64,000 bases of DNA from Porphyridium purpureum (taxonomy: Eukaryota): NCBI GenBank assembly GCA_008690995.1, contig VRMN01000003.1:558001-622000 (forward strand). Direction: 5' to 3'. Numbering within the stretch: the first letter of the stretch is position 1; each line of letters opens with the position of its first letter. The notes below the pieces were generated by a model, which did no database searches, was not told the origin of the DNA, and saw nothing but the letters and a program-made list of their open reading frames with translations. Made by a program: the position numbers and the translations under genes. This document shows positions 29,835 through 39,899 of this stretch, one piece after another.

Positions 29835-31145
29835 GTGTCTGCAATGGACGGGCTGAAGCATTGCGTGGGACTCGAGACATGCCGCGTGCAGAGGCCCCCG
29901 CCGGAGCACGAGCTGGCTCCCAGCGGTCACGACTCGAGTGTGAACCTCGGCATTATGCATCGGCAGGTGAACGACCAGCTGTTTTACATGCGCGTGCAGA
30001 AAAACGCTTCCGCAGATACGCTGGGCTATGCGTTCCGCGTTAACCCGGAGTTTGTCAGCGAAAACTGGATCACAGGTGGCTCGGAGCTCAGGGAGTACGA
30101 GTACAAGCAAGAAGTAGTGACTTTAGAAAATGATAGCATCGAAAAGCGAGCTCTCTCGGCGGTAGACCGAGCTCGCTTGAGTTTCCCCGTGAGCCCAACC
30201 AACCTGATGTTTGCGCTCCAGAAGGCCGCATGCGATGCGGAGGGCCCTGGTCACTGTGGCGGTTTCTCGCAGGTGCGCAAGCATGAAGGTCTGACATTGA
30301 CCGCGCAAAGCCTGGTTGAGAAGCACGGCTCTTCACTTTTCTGTTCGGTGCAATCGAAACTCGCGCTGCATCGCGCGGACGGCCTAGTGCGTTACGTTGA
30401 GTTTAGCGTGCATGGAAACTCGGTCATGGAGCAAAAGTTGCCGTCAAGCAGCGAAAGGCCGGGCTGTGGCGTATGCTTTGGGCTTGCTACGGATGAACTG
30501 CAGCCGAACCGCATGCCTGGAACCAATTCGAGTTCTGTTGGTTACTATGCCACAGGTGACGTTCTTTGCGACAACTCATACTTTGGCTCGCATCCTCGTG
30601 TATTCGAGGGTGATGTGGTGGGCATGCTGGTCAAGTTTTACAAGCTGGAGTCGCCGCGCTCCTCCGCATCTCGAGTCGCTGCGGCTGCCGCTTACGCAGC
30701 CAGTAGCAGCAGCCGCGTTTTCTCCTTGTTAACATCAAGCGGGGCGTCTGGCTTAAGCAGCACATGCATTGCAGGTGACCAGATCAGCACGCGCACTTTG
30801 AATGACGACAAGAATGTTCAGTGGCTGGCTCAGGTATCGTTCTACATTAACGGCAAGCTCGCTGCGCGCGCACCACGACCACTCGCGGCTTCCTCAGACA
30901 TCCAGTTGTATCCAACCGTGTCGCTGTACCACAAAGATGTCAAGGTTTCGTTGCGCTGCTGCAAGAATGAGCTTCAGTATTTACCGCAGTCTGACATCGA
31001 GAAGAGTCTGAGCGACTCGGATGGAACTGCTTGCGTCACTCTTTGCGGTCAGACGATCGACTTCGCGAAAGCGCTGTCCCATACAGAAGAGGATTGCGAG
31101 GGCGAATCAGGCATGGCGAGCGTGCTGACCCAGGAGAGCGCCTGA
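29835..31145 (+). CDS. SPRY/B30.2 domain protein
   Basis: RYVEFSV, VCFGLAT, MPGTNSSSVGYYATG, EGDVVGMLV, VSFYING, LYPTVSL; exact start uncertain. Confidence 0.82.
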   Translation: MSAMDGLKHCVGLETCRVQRPPPEHELAPSGHDSSVNLGIMHRQVNDQLFYMRVQKNASADTLGYAFRVNPEFVSENWITGGSELREYEYKQEVVTLENDSIEKRALSAVDRARLSFPVSPTNLMFALQKAACDAEGPGHCGGFSQVRKHEGLTLTAQSLVEKHGSSLFCSVQSKLALHRADGLVRYVEFSVHGNSVMEQKLPSSSERPGCGVCFGLATDELQPNRMPGTNSSSVGYYATGDVLCDNSYFGSHPRVFEGDVVGMLVKFYKLESPRSSASRVAAAAAYAASSSSRVFSLLTSSGASGLSSTCIAGDQISTRTLNDDKNVQWLAQVSFYINGKLAARAPRPLAASSDIQLYPTVSLYHKDVKVSLRCCKNELQYLPQSDIEKSLSDSDGTACVTLCGQTIDFAKALSHTEEDCEGESGMASVLTQESA

Positions 31146-31337
31146 TGTACTTTTTATTTTTATTTTTTGCCGATTGAGCTTCAGGGCTTGTATTTTACTA
31201 AACGTAGCTTTCTTGCTTGTTTGCTTTTTCCTGGTTTTAGTCTTCGTCTTCGTGCACTCTGAGACTTCGCGCACTCGCCTCTCTGAGTCCGAACATTACA
31301 AGAGCATCCACTTGAAGAACAAACAGCGGTAGAAAGC

Positions 31338-32189
31338 ATGCTTCGTTCCGCTCGTGCCGGAGACGGCGACGTGGATTGTCGCATTGCAGTGGTCACCTTG
31401 GATCGCCCGTCTCAAAGAAACGCGCTGACATCAGCGTTTTTCCGTGAGTGTCGCGACCTGTTTGAGAGCTTCAACGGCAGTGATGTACGCGCGGTCGTCA
31501 TTCGCAGTAGCGGGAGCGACTTTTGTGCAGGAATCGACCTGGAGCTTCTCGTTGACATGGCACGCCGTAGCGACGCACTTTCGTCAGGACCAGGGACAAG
31601 TGTTGCACAAGTGGCGCTCGGAATAAGCAAGGAGCTTGAAAGCATGCAAGCGGCGTTTGATGCAATTGAAAGATGCGATGCGGTCGTGGTAGCTGCGGTG
31701 CAAGGCGCATGCTTGGGATCTGGCCTGGAGCTTGTACTTGCGGCAGATATTACCGTGTGCGAGGCCGAGACGGCAACCTTTGGGCTCATTGAGCCGCGGT
31801 TGGGACTATGTGCAGATCTCGGCGGAATCCAAAGACTGGGCAGAAAGTGTTCAGCGTCCTCTGAGCTGGCTGAACTGATGTATACAGCACGAATCTTTGA
31901 CGCAGAGACGGCAGCACGGCTGGGCATCGTGTCGCGCGTGTCCAATCATGATGCATTTGCTCAAGCCATCGAAATTGCACGCCAGGTGGCTCGCCACGAT
32001 GCGCTGGGCGTTTTGGGAACGAAGCAGAATTTGCGCCTTGTACGAGACGGCCACTCCATGCAACACGCTTTGCTCCTTCAGCGACTCTGGAGTTCAAGTG
32101 CTCTGCAAAGCCCTGCGATTCTAGAACGTGGACAGCAAATGCTACAGGCTAAAAGGGAAACCACGCCGAACCGAGCGTCGAAGTTGTAG
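31338..32189 (+). CDS. Peroxisomal crotonase-family enzyme (delta3,5-delta2,4-dienoyl-CoA isomerase-like)
   Basis: LDRPSQRNAL, FCAGIDL, VQGACLGSGLEL, GLCADLGGIQRL; C-terminal SKL (PTS1). Confidence 0.9.
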   Translation: MLRSARAGDGDVDCRIAVVTLDRPSQRNALTSAFFRECRDLFESFNGSDVRAVVIRSSGSDFCAGIDLELLVDMARRSDALSSGPGTSVAQVALGISKELESMQAAFDAIERCDAVVVAAVQGACLGSGLELVLAADITVCEAETATFGLIEPRLGLCADLGGIQRLGRKCSASSELAELMYTARIFDAETAARLGIVSRVSNHDAFAQAIEIARQVARHDALGVLGTKQNLRLVRDGHSMQHALLLQRLWSSSALQSPAILERGQQMLQAKRETTPNRASKL

Positions 32190-32251
32190 TGGCATTATCA
32201 ATGCAAGCAAGCCATCTTCATCCGCTTGTACTGCCAAGTTGTTTATGTTCT

Positions 32252-34099
32252 TTAATCCAATAGGTGCTGCCTACGATCCTGTTCCTTCAGAATGATGAAG
32301 CGGAAAACTTCATAAATCACCAAGCTAAAAGTAATCAAAAGCGGTGCGATCAAAAGGCCCTGCTGTCCAAATACAGAAAGTCCCAAAACCGAAGCAACTG
32401 TCAGCAGCTCATAGTTCAGGATACTCTTGCCAACTACCATGCGCTCTTGCACTGTTTCTAGATAATCTTCTTGATCTGACGCGTAAAACATGTGCACAAG
32501 AGGAAGAGCAGCAAATTCGACCCAGCGGCGCTGCGCAATAAGCTGCGGCGCGGAAAAACACAATGAAAATACCCAGGCAGGCGGCATGAAAGGTAACACC
32601 TGTGACAGTCCGGCCAACAATGCTGCGATAAATTCAAAGTTCAGCCCCAGGGCAGAAAATGAAATCCAAACAAACGCAACGTGCAGCATAAAGAAGCGCA
32701 TACTCACCCAGAAGATCGCCGAGATTGCACTGCGAAGATCTCTCTCGATCATATTATTCAAGCTCTTTGTAGGCAGCGGCAACATGTTCGTCAGGTAGCT
32801 GATCGCGCTGTCCTCGCTTCGAAGGAACAGAAACAGGAAGGCAAGGAAACTCCCTATCCAGCTGAGCGAGCTGATCACCTCGACGAGTTTGGAAAACCCC
32901 TTGGCGAGAAGTGTAAGACCCTTGCCAGTGTACTCCCTGGCCATGTCAAGGTACTGCTCAACATTCCCAAGCCGTTCTTTTGCGCTACCGATCAACTCCT
33001 GCACTTCTCCGACTGACCTTGGTACGTACGGTTGAAGGTTCTCATACAACTCCCGCGCCTTGTCTTTCAACAGTTCCGCATCCATCAGGGCGAGGAGTTC
33101 CGTAGCATTTGTCTGCATTCCGCCCAGCTCTGAGCCACTTGCGTTTCCACTTTGTAGCGCCAAGGGAGAGCTTGGATCTCTACCGAGTGCGGATTGCAGG
33201 CCCGCCTGCACATATGGCATCACGTCGACGCCAGTCACATTCCCAACCTGAGAGGCAATCCTTTCAATATTATGCACGTTGTCAACTACGTACGTCTGGG
33301 CCTTGTCCTGTACTTCGCCCATTTTTGCTTGTATCCATTCAACTTTGCTCGGGTCGTCCTGCACAATACGAATCAAGTACTGGGTTCCGTCTCGCGCACC
33401 GGACACGACATCGATGGCACTACCAGTCAGGAAAAGCCCAAGAAAGATGACGGCAAAACCTACAAAGGAGAGCATCGTGAGGCCCGATGCCGCGCTGTTG
33501 GGATCCACCATATGAAGCATGACCAAAATGCGCGTCACAATGACGCCGGCGGCAAGCATGGTGCCGTAGATCACGAGAACAGACACGAAGAAGGCAAAAA
33601 GTTTTGGCTGGCGGACGGCCAGAAGTATGATCACTGCCAACAGCATCAGGTGGTTTTTCCGTGACACCCAGCCAGACTTGGTCCAGCGAGCGTATTCATC
33701 GCCGTCTTCTAGGGCGCTGATACGCTTAGTTGCAGCAGTGCCGTCATCCTTTTCCCTATCATCGTCCTGCTTCTCGCGCAACTCCTCCGCGGCACACGAC
33801 GCGCTACGTGTCTTGGCGGTCTGTCTGTCGCGCTGCGATTTCGCCACCGCCGGAGCAATGACCATCAGGAACCCGTCCCGGATGCGGCGCATCGATGTAC
33901 TGACGACAGCTGCGACGAGTAGCGGAAGCATGTACGGCTCAAAGAGCGTGTAGTTATACCAGAGGATCCCGATCAGCCCGGCGCCCAGCGCGATGCCCAG
34001 CGCAACATCCAGAGCTGCCGACGACGCGCTCCAGCTCACCACATGGCGCACCAACAAGTCCAGCCCGTCATCGCGATCGCGCCCTGCCTTCCCAACCAT
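32252..34099 (-). CDS. AI-2E/TMEM245-like multi-pass membrane protein
   Basis: Many TM helices; C-terminal LTVASVLGLSVFGQQGLLIAPLLI matches the AI-2E family end motif. Confidence 0.8.
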   Translation of the reverse strand: MVGKAGRDRDDGLDLLVRHVVSWSASSAALDVALGIALGAGLIGILWYNYTLFEPYMLPLLVAAVVSTSMRRIRDGFLMVIAPAVAKSQRDRQTAKTRSASCAAEELREKQDDDREKDDGTAATKRISALEDGDEYARWTKSGWVSRKNHLMLLAVIILLAVRQPKLFAFFVSVLVIYGTMLAAGVIVTRILVMLHMVDPNSAASGLTMLSFVGFAVIFLGLFLTGSAIDVVSGARDGTQYLIRIVQDDPSKVEWIQAKMGEVQDKAQTYVVDNVHNIERIASQVGNVTGVDVMPYVQAGLQSALGRDPSSPLALQSGNASGSELGGMQTNATELLALMDAELLKDKARELYENLQPYVPRSVGEVQELIGSAKERLGNVEQYLDMAREYTGKGLTLLAKGFSKLVEVISSLSWIGSFLAFLFLFLRSEDSAISYLTNMLPLPTKSLNNMIERDLRSAISAIFWVSMRFFMLHVAFVWISFSALGLNFEFIAALLAGLSQVLPFMPPAWVFSLCFSAPQLIAQRRWVEFAALPLVHMFYASDQEDYLETVQERMVVGKSILNYELLTVASVLGLSVFGQQGLLIAPLLITFSLVIYEVFRFIILKEQDRRQHLLD

Positions 34100-34764
34100 C
34101 GTCGCGAGCGCCCCCTCCCACCTTCTCGGTGCACCCGGCTGCCACCCGCACAGCAGCAGCGTGAGACTCGCGCGCACGCGGTTGCGTTGGCTGCAACGGA
34201 GCGTCTTCAAAGTTTGCGTACAGCGGCTGAACACCCGTCGGGCCTATCCTGCGTAGCGCACGCGCAAAGGAGCGCGTTGGCGACCCGAATGTTTGTCGCA
34301 GCTGGCCAAGATGCCAGGAAGGCAGCGCGTACACTCGAAACACACGGCACAAGATCTCACATGTTCTGGGTACGCCCGAAATGATCGCGCCGCTCTATGC
34401 GACACTCGCTTGCCTAATCTGCATTCTCGCCGGTCGCACGGCGTCCGAGCACCTTTGTGAATCGCTTGGCGACACACGGACCGCCTCGGCGTCCGCCTTG
34501 ACGCGCCAGAAGCCATGCAAGCGTGTGTCGGCCCGCGCTGGACCTACTGCAGCGGACATGCCTGCAGTGCCGCCGCGGGCGGAGGCACCGTTAGCCGAGC
34601 TCGCACTTGACGAGGCCCATAGTGCGCACGTGTTCAAGAACAGCCGGCCCACACACCGCATGAACCAGTACCCCGTCAGCGCACAGCAGCGTGCGCTTTG
34701 TACGACAAGAGTGCTACTTCCGTATCTGAACCCTGCGCTCGACACGGACGACCTTCGCTTCCTG

Positions 34765-35213
34765 ATGAAGGGGATTTGCGCGTTTGGAGTGCGCATGGCG
34801 CGTAGTCATGCGTTGACTGTGCACATAATGGCTCAAAGCGTGAAGCAGTTTGGGATCTGAGCGTGTCCGTTCTGGGTCTGCAATAGTCGCTTGCACCAGA
34901 AATTCGTACGTCAAGGGAGAGTTGATCAAAGAGATTGCGTGCGCGACTCCGGCTGGTGTATCTGGGACCGGAAATCACCGACGATCATCTGGATGTTTTC
35001 ATATTTGTACACTCAACAGATGCGCAGGGAGCCGAAGGCGTTGTCCCATTTCTAGACTGCCATCCGTTGGAGAAGGACGGCGTCCGTGTGCTGGTCAACT
35101 CTGATTTCGTACCGCCTGCGAGCGACACTGCGGTCACCGGTGTGTAGACATTCATCTGTTCCGCCTTCCACAGTTGGCGCCAACCTGAATTCTGGAACCG
35201 GACATACCTGTAA
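34765..35213 (+). pseudogene. Degenerate IS607-family serine recombinase (TnpA) remnant
   Basis: AIVACTRNS..GELIKEI resembles YARVSS..DL.RQ; LRLVYLGPEITDD resembles L..YP..EII.D; LEKDGVRVLV; ends RTYL* at TAA 35211-35213. Confidence 0.45.
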
Positions 35214-36286
35214 TGACTCCCTTCCGCCCAGTCTTTGAGCGGCCACCCTCTACGAAGCACTTGCGCGTGAGGGAGCAAGGCACTCTACGGTCCAGTTTTT
35301 CGAAGGATGTCCGAAGAATCGACCATCGCACGTCGTATGACCCTTCGGTAACATTCCATCAAGATGAGGCCATAAAGGCTCAAACGCAGAGAACTGGAGC
35401 TTCGTTGAAGCCTCATCGTAACGTGTCGCTATACGTAAAAGCAGCGCCAGCGCCCGCAGCGGCGCGGGGGGAAATGATTTGATCCGCATCATGTGGCCGT
35501 CCGTCCAAATGCCGGTTTCTTGTCGATTTAATGCTCCATGGCCGTCATCGCGGCCGCAGCCGCAAGAGGCCCAGGACAGAGGCCACTTTCCTGCGAATCT
35601 GCATGTCGTTGTGATGGACCCGGGCGTGCATACATTCGAGACGTTATTTGACCTGAGCCGGTGTCGCGCACTACCGATGAAGGCAACACATGGCGCATGG
35701 TCTAGCTATGCGTTGGCCTGGATGAGCTGACGTTCAGTACTGATGCAGCGGCTAACACGCACGAGTTATGTACGCTGTGTCGCAGCGCGTTGTGAGCACG
35801 CAAACGCATTCACAAGCTTGTGAATCAGGTGCGCGAGCAGCTGGCCCCGTTTTTCCTGTGCATGGACGACGTCAGCATCTGCCCGCGTTTGATGTGACCA
35901 AATTGACTCTTGCATGTGGCCACAACATCGGTTCCAAACCTGTGCGTCAGATGAACTGGCGGGCCCGCTACCGCTGTCAGACGCGGCTTGCGCTCAAGGT
36001 GCGTTGGGCCGGCTTGAAGCTAGTGCTGATCAAGGAGGCGCGCGTGCAAAAGACTTGCAGCGCCTACGGGACCGTCAAGGCCAACATAACCGGGGCTAAC
36101 GTCTCCACGCATGGCTCTGCTGCCTGCAGTGCTACAGCCATGAAGCTGGACGCCATCGGCGCCAAGAACACTTTAAAATGGGAACTTCCGAGAGTTGCAC
36201 ACCCGGGTATAGCCATGGGAACAACTGCCAGAGCATTTCAGGCCATTGCGAAAAATTCACACCTTCTGCACCTGGGACGCCTCTGA
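35213..36286 (+). pseudogene. Fanzor2/TnpB-family RNA-guided endonuclease pseudogene
   Basis: RuvC-I VVVMDPGVHTFET (D at 35617-35619); LCVGLDEL..L*ARKRIHKLVNQVREQLAPFF; LPAFDV; IKEARVQKTCS (E at 36035-36037); KLDAIGAKNTL (D at 36149-36151); internal stops and frameshifts. Confidence 0.85.
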
Positions 36287-36541
36287 GGAGCTCGAAGAAG
36301 GGAGCTATGGGACGCGAGACCACTATCCATATGTTCACGCCAGCTCTTTCAGCCTTTTACGTCCGTTGAATTTTTATATAGATTCTAAGGGTCTTCAGGT
36401 TTTCGAAACGTAGATTGGGTGACAAACAAGCGCGACCATCCCGTCGCCTCCATCACACGACAAAACTTCCACGCCCTCGTCCCCTTGAGTTGGCCTTGCC
36501 TCATTCAAGTCGTCGTGAGAGACCCGCATTAATAGATCACC

Positions 36542-39500
36542 TTACGACTTATATTTAGACATGATTTTTTCTTCGTCCACGGACGCCTCGCTGCTCGACT
36601 CACTTTCTGATTCGACGCTCCTGCTCTTTCTGCCTTCCGTCTCCACGGCTTTCTTACTCTTCTCTCGGTTCTTGTCGCCATGCTCTTTGTCTGCCTTCGA
36701 TTCCGATCTTGAAGAATCAGCTCGACTGTCCTTGGTCACGATCCTCTCCTCGTTCGCAGAGGTCTCACTGCCAGTGTCACTTTTTGACTCGGCGCTTTTA
36801 ATCGTCTTGTTCTTTTTGTTCATCTTTTCAGCAGCTTTCTTACTCTTCTTTCGGTCCTTGCCACCATGCTCTTTGTCTCGCTCCGATTCCGATCCTGAAG
36901 AATCGGCTCGACTGTATTTGGCCATAATCTTCTCCTCATGGGCTGGGGTCTCACTATCCGAAGCGCTTTCAGCACTTGATGAAGTAACAGTGGCAGCCCC
37001 TTTCTGTGCACTTCTCTTTCTTTTGATATTCTCGGAAAATTCATCCCCACTCGACGCCTTTGTTGAGTTCGATGTTTGACGAGCAGGCCCACTTGAATGC
37101 GACGTTCCTCCGGTCCCCTTTTCCTTCATCCTCCTATCTTCGCTCGACGCTTCGTGCTCCTGCTCTAGAACAGGAGCTGACGATTCTGCTCTTCTCTCCT
37201 GCTCCTTGATGTCTTCAAATGTGATCCCTGGTCCGTCAAACTCATGAAGCAAAGAAGAGTCTGGTGATGCCCGAGACTCAAGCTCAGCGGGTGCGGACGC
37301 TGCAGAACTATCACTATGTCCTTTCGCGAATGCGAGCGCTGGCGTCAGAAGATCTCGAACTCGAAATGCTTTATGCACATGCTCTTCGCTGCCGAGCTTT
37401 GAAACATCCTGATCACGTCCAGAAAAGGATCCGCTCTGAAGCTGTCCCTCACCATGGCGACCTTCTTCGTGTCTTGAACCACTCCCGTTTTGCGACTTTT
37501 CTCCGTCGCCTGTGCTTCTCTCTCGCGTATCGCTCAAAGCCAAAGCTGGTTGAGCTTCTTGCTCTTTGGCTTCGTCCTGCGCCACAACAACCGCCAAATC
37601 CTTTTGCGCACTATCACGATCGGCTTCAGATTCCTTACTTTTGGCTGCGCGTGACTCCAAAGTATCTGCGCCTCGAAGTCTTTCACTTTGACTTCCCTTT
37701 TCATCTGTGCTGCTTCCTGGCGAGATTGCATCATCAGGTTTTTTCTTGTTGTTGTCCTTTTCAGATTCATCCTCGCTTCTGGTCGTATCCTGATCTTGCT
37801 TACGCTGCTGTATATCTTCGAATGTCGTGGCAGGCTGTTGTGCTTGTTCCTTTTCCTCCTGTATGCGTACTTCTGCAGGGACGTCCCCTCCCGAGCGACC
37901 GCTTCCTGCAGTAGAGTTCGGGCTTTGCATGTCATTCCCATCAAAGTTAGTCTGAGGGTCCTCTTCCATATCACGCGGTGAGTCACCATTGTTGGACGAG
38001 TGACTGTGACTCATTCCGCTGTAGCTTCGGACGATCTCTGTTTTCCCAGAATGAATCAAAAAGAAAGCATGCTCTGTGGCGTACGTAATTGCTTCGAACT
38101 CGGCAGAGTTCTCGCCGTGCTTCCGCTTGGCCTCATCTAGAACGAGACTCAGATGGTATTCAACGCGCTGAATACGTGACGAAAGCCGCATCTTCTTGGC
38201 TCCCTGCACGAGAGCGACTTCCTGATTGACACGTCGTCCGACGGCACCAAGCATGTACTGAAGCCGTCTCGCTACGTACACATCAGGCACGCCATACTTC
38301 CGTAGCGGATGGGCGACACTGTCAATTAAAGCATTGAAAGACGGACGAGGAATCGCAACAAGAACTCGGAAATCGCCGTGTTTTGCGCGAATGATTCTTG
38401 GATCGCAGCGCCGGGCCGCAATGTCAGATAAAAGCCTCTCGTGCCGGTCCAGGGCCTCGGTCGCCGTCGTTGGGTCATTGACGCCGGGACTCAGCGCCTT
38501 CAGCGCCACGTCGGTAATTTGATGCAAACCAAATTCCACATCCTGTAAAATAGAGCGATTAAAACCATATCGAAAGCATGCGCGCACGTCCTTCTCCAGC
38601 CGCCTTCGATACGATCTACTAAGTGCTTCCGTGCTCTTGCCAGGAAACCACAGCCAAGCCATCAGAGTACCAAATGTTATGTACTCACCGATCCGCGGTC
38701 GCAATCTGATCACGAAGCCTGACGCGTTTGCCATGCGTGTCAAGTACACTTCACTGACACTTCTCAAATAGCCGCTCTTCTCTGACACGATCTGAAGCGC
38801 CCCTGGTGGCACCATGGGAAGCCCAATGATCTCGTCCAATTGGTACGGACCATGCTTTTCGGATCTTTCGAGATCCTGCTCGAACATGGTCAACTTGTTG
38901 AGCGAGTCGTGAATCTGGGGAATCGTAGCAAGCGTATCGGTAGCCACATTATCCATCAGGACCGATACGTTCATGCTCGTCACGACGTAGTGTAAATAGT
39001 ATACCAAACCGAGAACAACGGCAACCACATGGATCACCATCACATTGACGGCCACGGATGGCACAAAGGGCATTTCGGTATCAGTTTGCGTGCACATGAC
39101 GCCTGCATAGGAGTACGCGAAAGTGCCCAAGAAAATACAGAGCACAATTTTAGTGGGTCGCCGGCTCATCAAACCTGTGAGTAAGCGTGCGGAGTATGTC
39201 ACGCCGGCCACTTGAAATGCAACAATGCACAACGAAAAGACGGTTCCTGTGAGACTGATGACGAAACCTCCGACGTACGTGAAGATGGTAAGTGCGTCGT
39301 CCGCTGTTCCGTTGAACCACCACTTGTACCCATTGCCTGTTTGTATATTACCCTCTCCGACGGACGCGATGAGCGCGCCTACAATGAAATTGACTGTGAT
39401 TGAGATGATCGGTAGCGTCCAGAGCGAATTCTCAAAGTACTCCAAGGCGCGAGTCAACCATAACGTAACTCGTGCACGCCACACACTCGCCTTTCGCTGC

Positions 39501-39709
39501 TTAGAAGATGCTTCGTCCGTATCAACGCTGTCTCGGCATTGTGTCTGTGCAGAGCCGTGCAGCCGCGCATTCGATCCCTGTTCGGACTCAACCGCTCCTT
39601 CTCTCCGGGCAGCAGCCAACGGGTTCCCGGTCCCATAGAGTTCGGCGCGAAATCCTGCCTCCCACGTTTCCTTCTTGGTCAGCGTTCGCTTCACGGCATC
39701 GTTCTCCAT
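36542..39709 (-). CDS. DUF2254-family membrane protein with long charged C-terminal tail
   Basis: TVFSLCIVAFQVAGVTYSARLL, LCIFLGTFAYS, SGYLRSV, QDVEFGLHQITDVALKALSPGVNDPTTA. Confidence 0.9.
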   Translation of the reverse strand: MENDAVKRTLTKKETWEAGFRAELYGTGNPLAAARREGAVESEQGSNARLHGSAQTQCRDSVDTDEASSKQRKASVWRARVTLWLTRALEYFENSLWTLPIISITVNFIVGALIASVGEGNIQTGNGYKWWFNGTADDALTIFTYVGGFVISLTGTVFSLCIVAFQVAGVTYSARLLTGLMSRRPTKIVLCIFLGTFAYSYAGVMCTQTDTEMPFVPSVAVNVMVIHVVAVVLGLVYYLHYVVTSMNVSVLMDNVATDTLATIPQIHDSLNKLTMFEQDLERSEKHGPYQLDEIIGLPMVPPGALQIVSEKSGYLRSVSEVYLTRMANASGFVIRLRPRIGEYITFGTLMAWLWFPGKSTEALSRSYRRRLEKDVRACFRYGFNRSILQDVEFGLHQITDVALKALSPGVNDPTTATEALDRHERLLSDIAARRCDPRIIRAKHGDFRVLVAIPRPSFNALIDSVAHPLRKYGVPDVYVARRLQYMLGAVGRRVNQEVALVQGAKKMRLSSRIQRVEYHLSLVLDEAKRKHGENSAEFEAITYATEHAFFLIHSGKTEIVRSYSGMSHSHSSNNGDSPRDMEEDPQTNFDGNDMQSPNSTAGSGRSGGDVPAEVRIQEEKEQAQQPATTFEDIQQRKQDQDTTRSEDESEKDNNKKKPDDAISPGSSTDEKGSQSERLRGADTLESRAAKSKESEADRDSAQKDLAVVVAQDEAKEQEAQPALALSDTRERSTGDGEKSQNGSGSRHEEGRHGEGQLQSGSFSGRDQDVSKLGSEEHVHKAFRVRDLLTPALAFAKGHSDSSAASAPAELESRASPDSSLLHEFDGPGITFEDIKEQERRAESSAPVLEQEHEASSEDRRMKEKGTGGTSHSSGPARQTSNSTKASSGDEFSENIKRKRSAQKGAATVTSSSAESASDSETPAHEEKIMAKYSRADSSGSESERDKEHGGKDRKKSKKAAEKMNKKNKTIKSAESKSDTGSETSANEERIVTKDSRADSSRSESKADKEHGDKNREKSKKAVETEGRKSRSVESESESSSEASVDEEKIMSKYKS
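36545..36976 (-). repeat. Coding tandem repeat of about 59-62 aa (about 2.4 copies)
   Basis: EEKIMAKYSRADSSGSES..DKEHG.K..KSKKA / EERIVTKDSRADSSRSES..DKEHG.K..KSKKA / EEKIMSKYKS. Confidence 0.9.
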
Positions 39710-39899
39710 CACGCGCGCCGCTCTAGACTGACGGAACGAGCGGACCGCGCACCGACCTCCGTATGGGTACCCGCGTCACGCCCTTCGCACCGAGTGCGAC
39801 CGAAGGGCTTCTCCAGCTGCGGCACTGGGTGCGCCCGATGTTCTTCCGTTCATAGAAACCTCAAACTACGGCGCTCGTCCCTGCGCGTTTGTCTGGTTG

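Larger units (their letters stand above)
34760..36410 (+). mobile_element. Fossil IS607-like element (TnpA serine recombinase remnant + Fanzor2/TnpB pseudogene); ends approximate
   Basis: Collinear degenerate TnpA-like and Fanzor2-like peptides spread over several frames. Confidence 0.7.

Noticed and set aside
34381..34760. 5' part of the 159-aa ORF as a separate secreted protein
   Set aside because: No recognisable family; it spans the AI-2E gene's upstream region and runs into the element remnant
36352..36360. GCCTTTTAC, identical to the U5 snRNA loop I
   Set aside because: No flanking stem closes the loop, and the Sm-like U-run is only about 8 nt downstream
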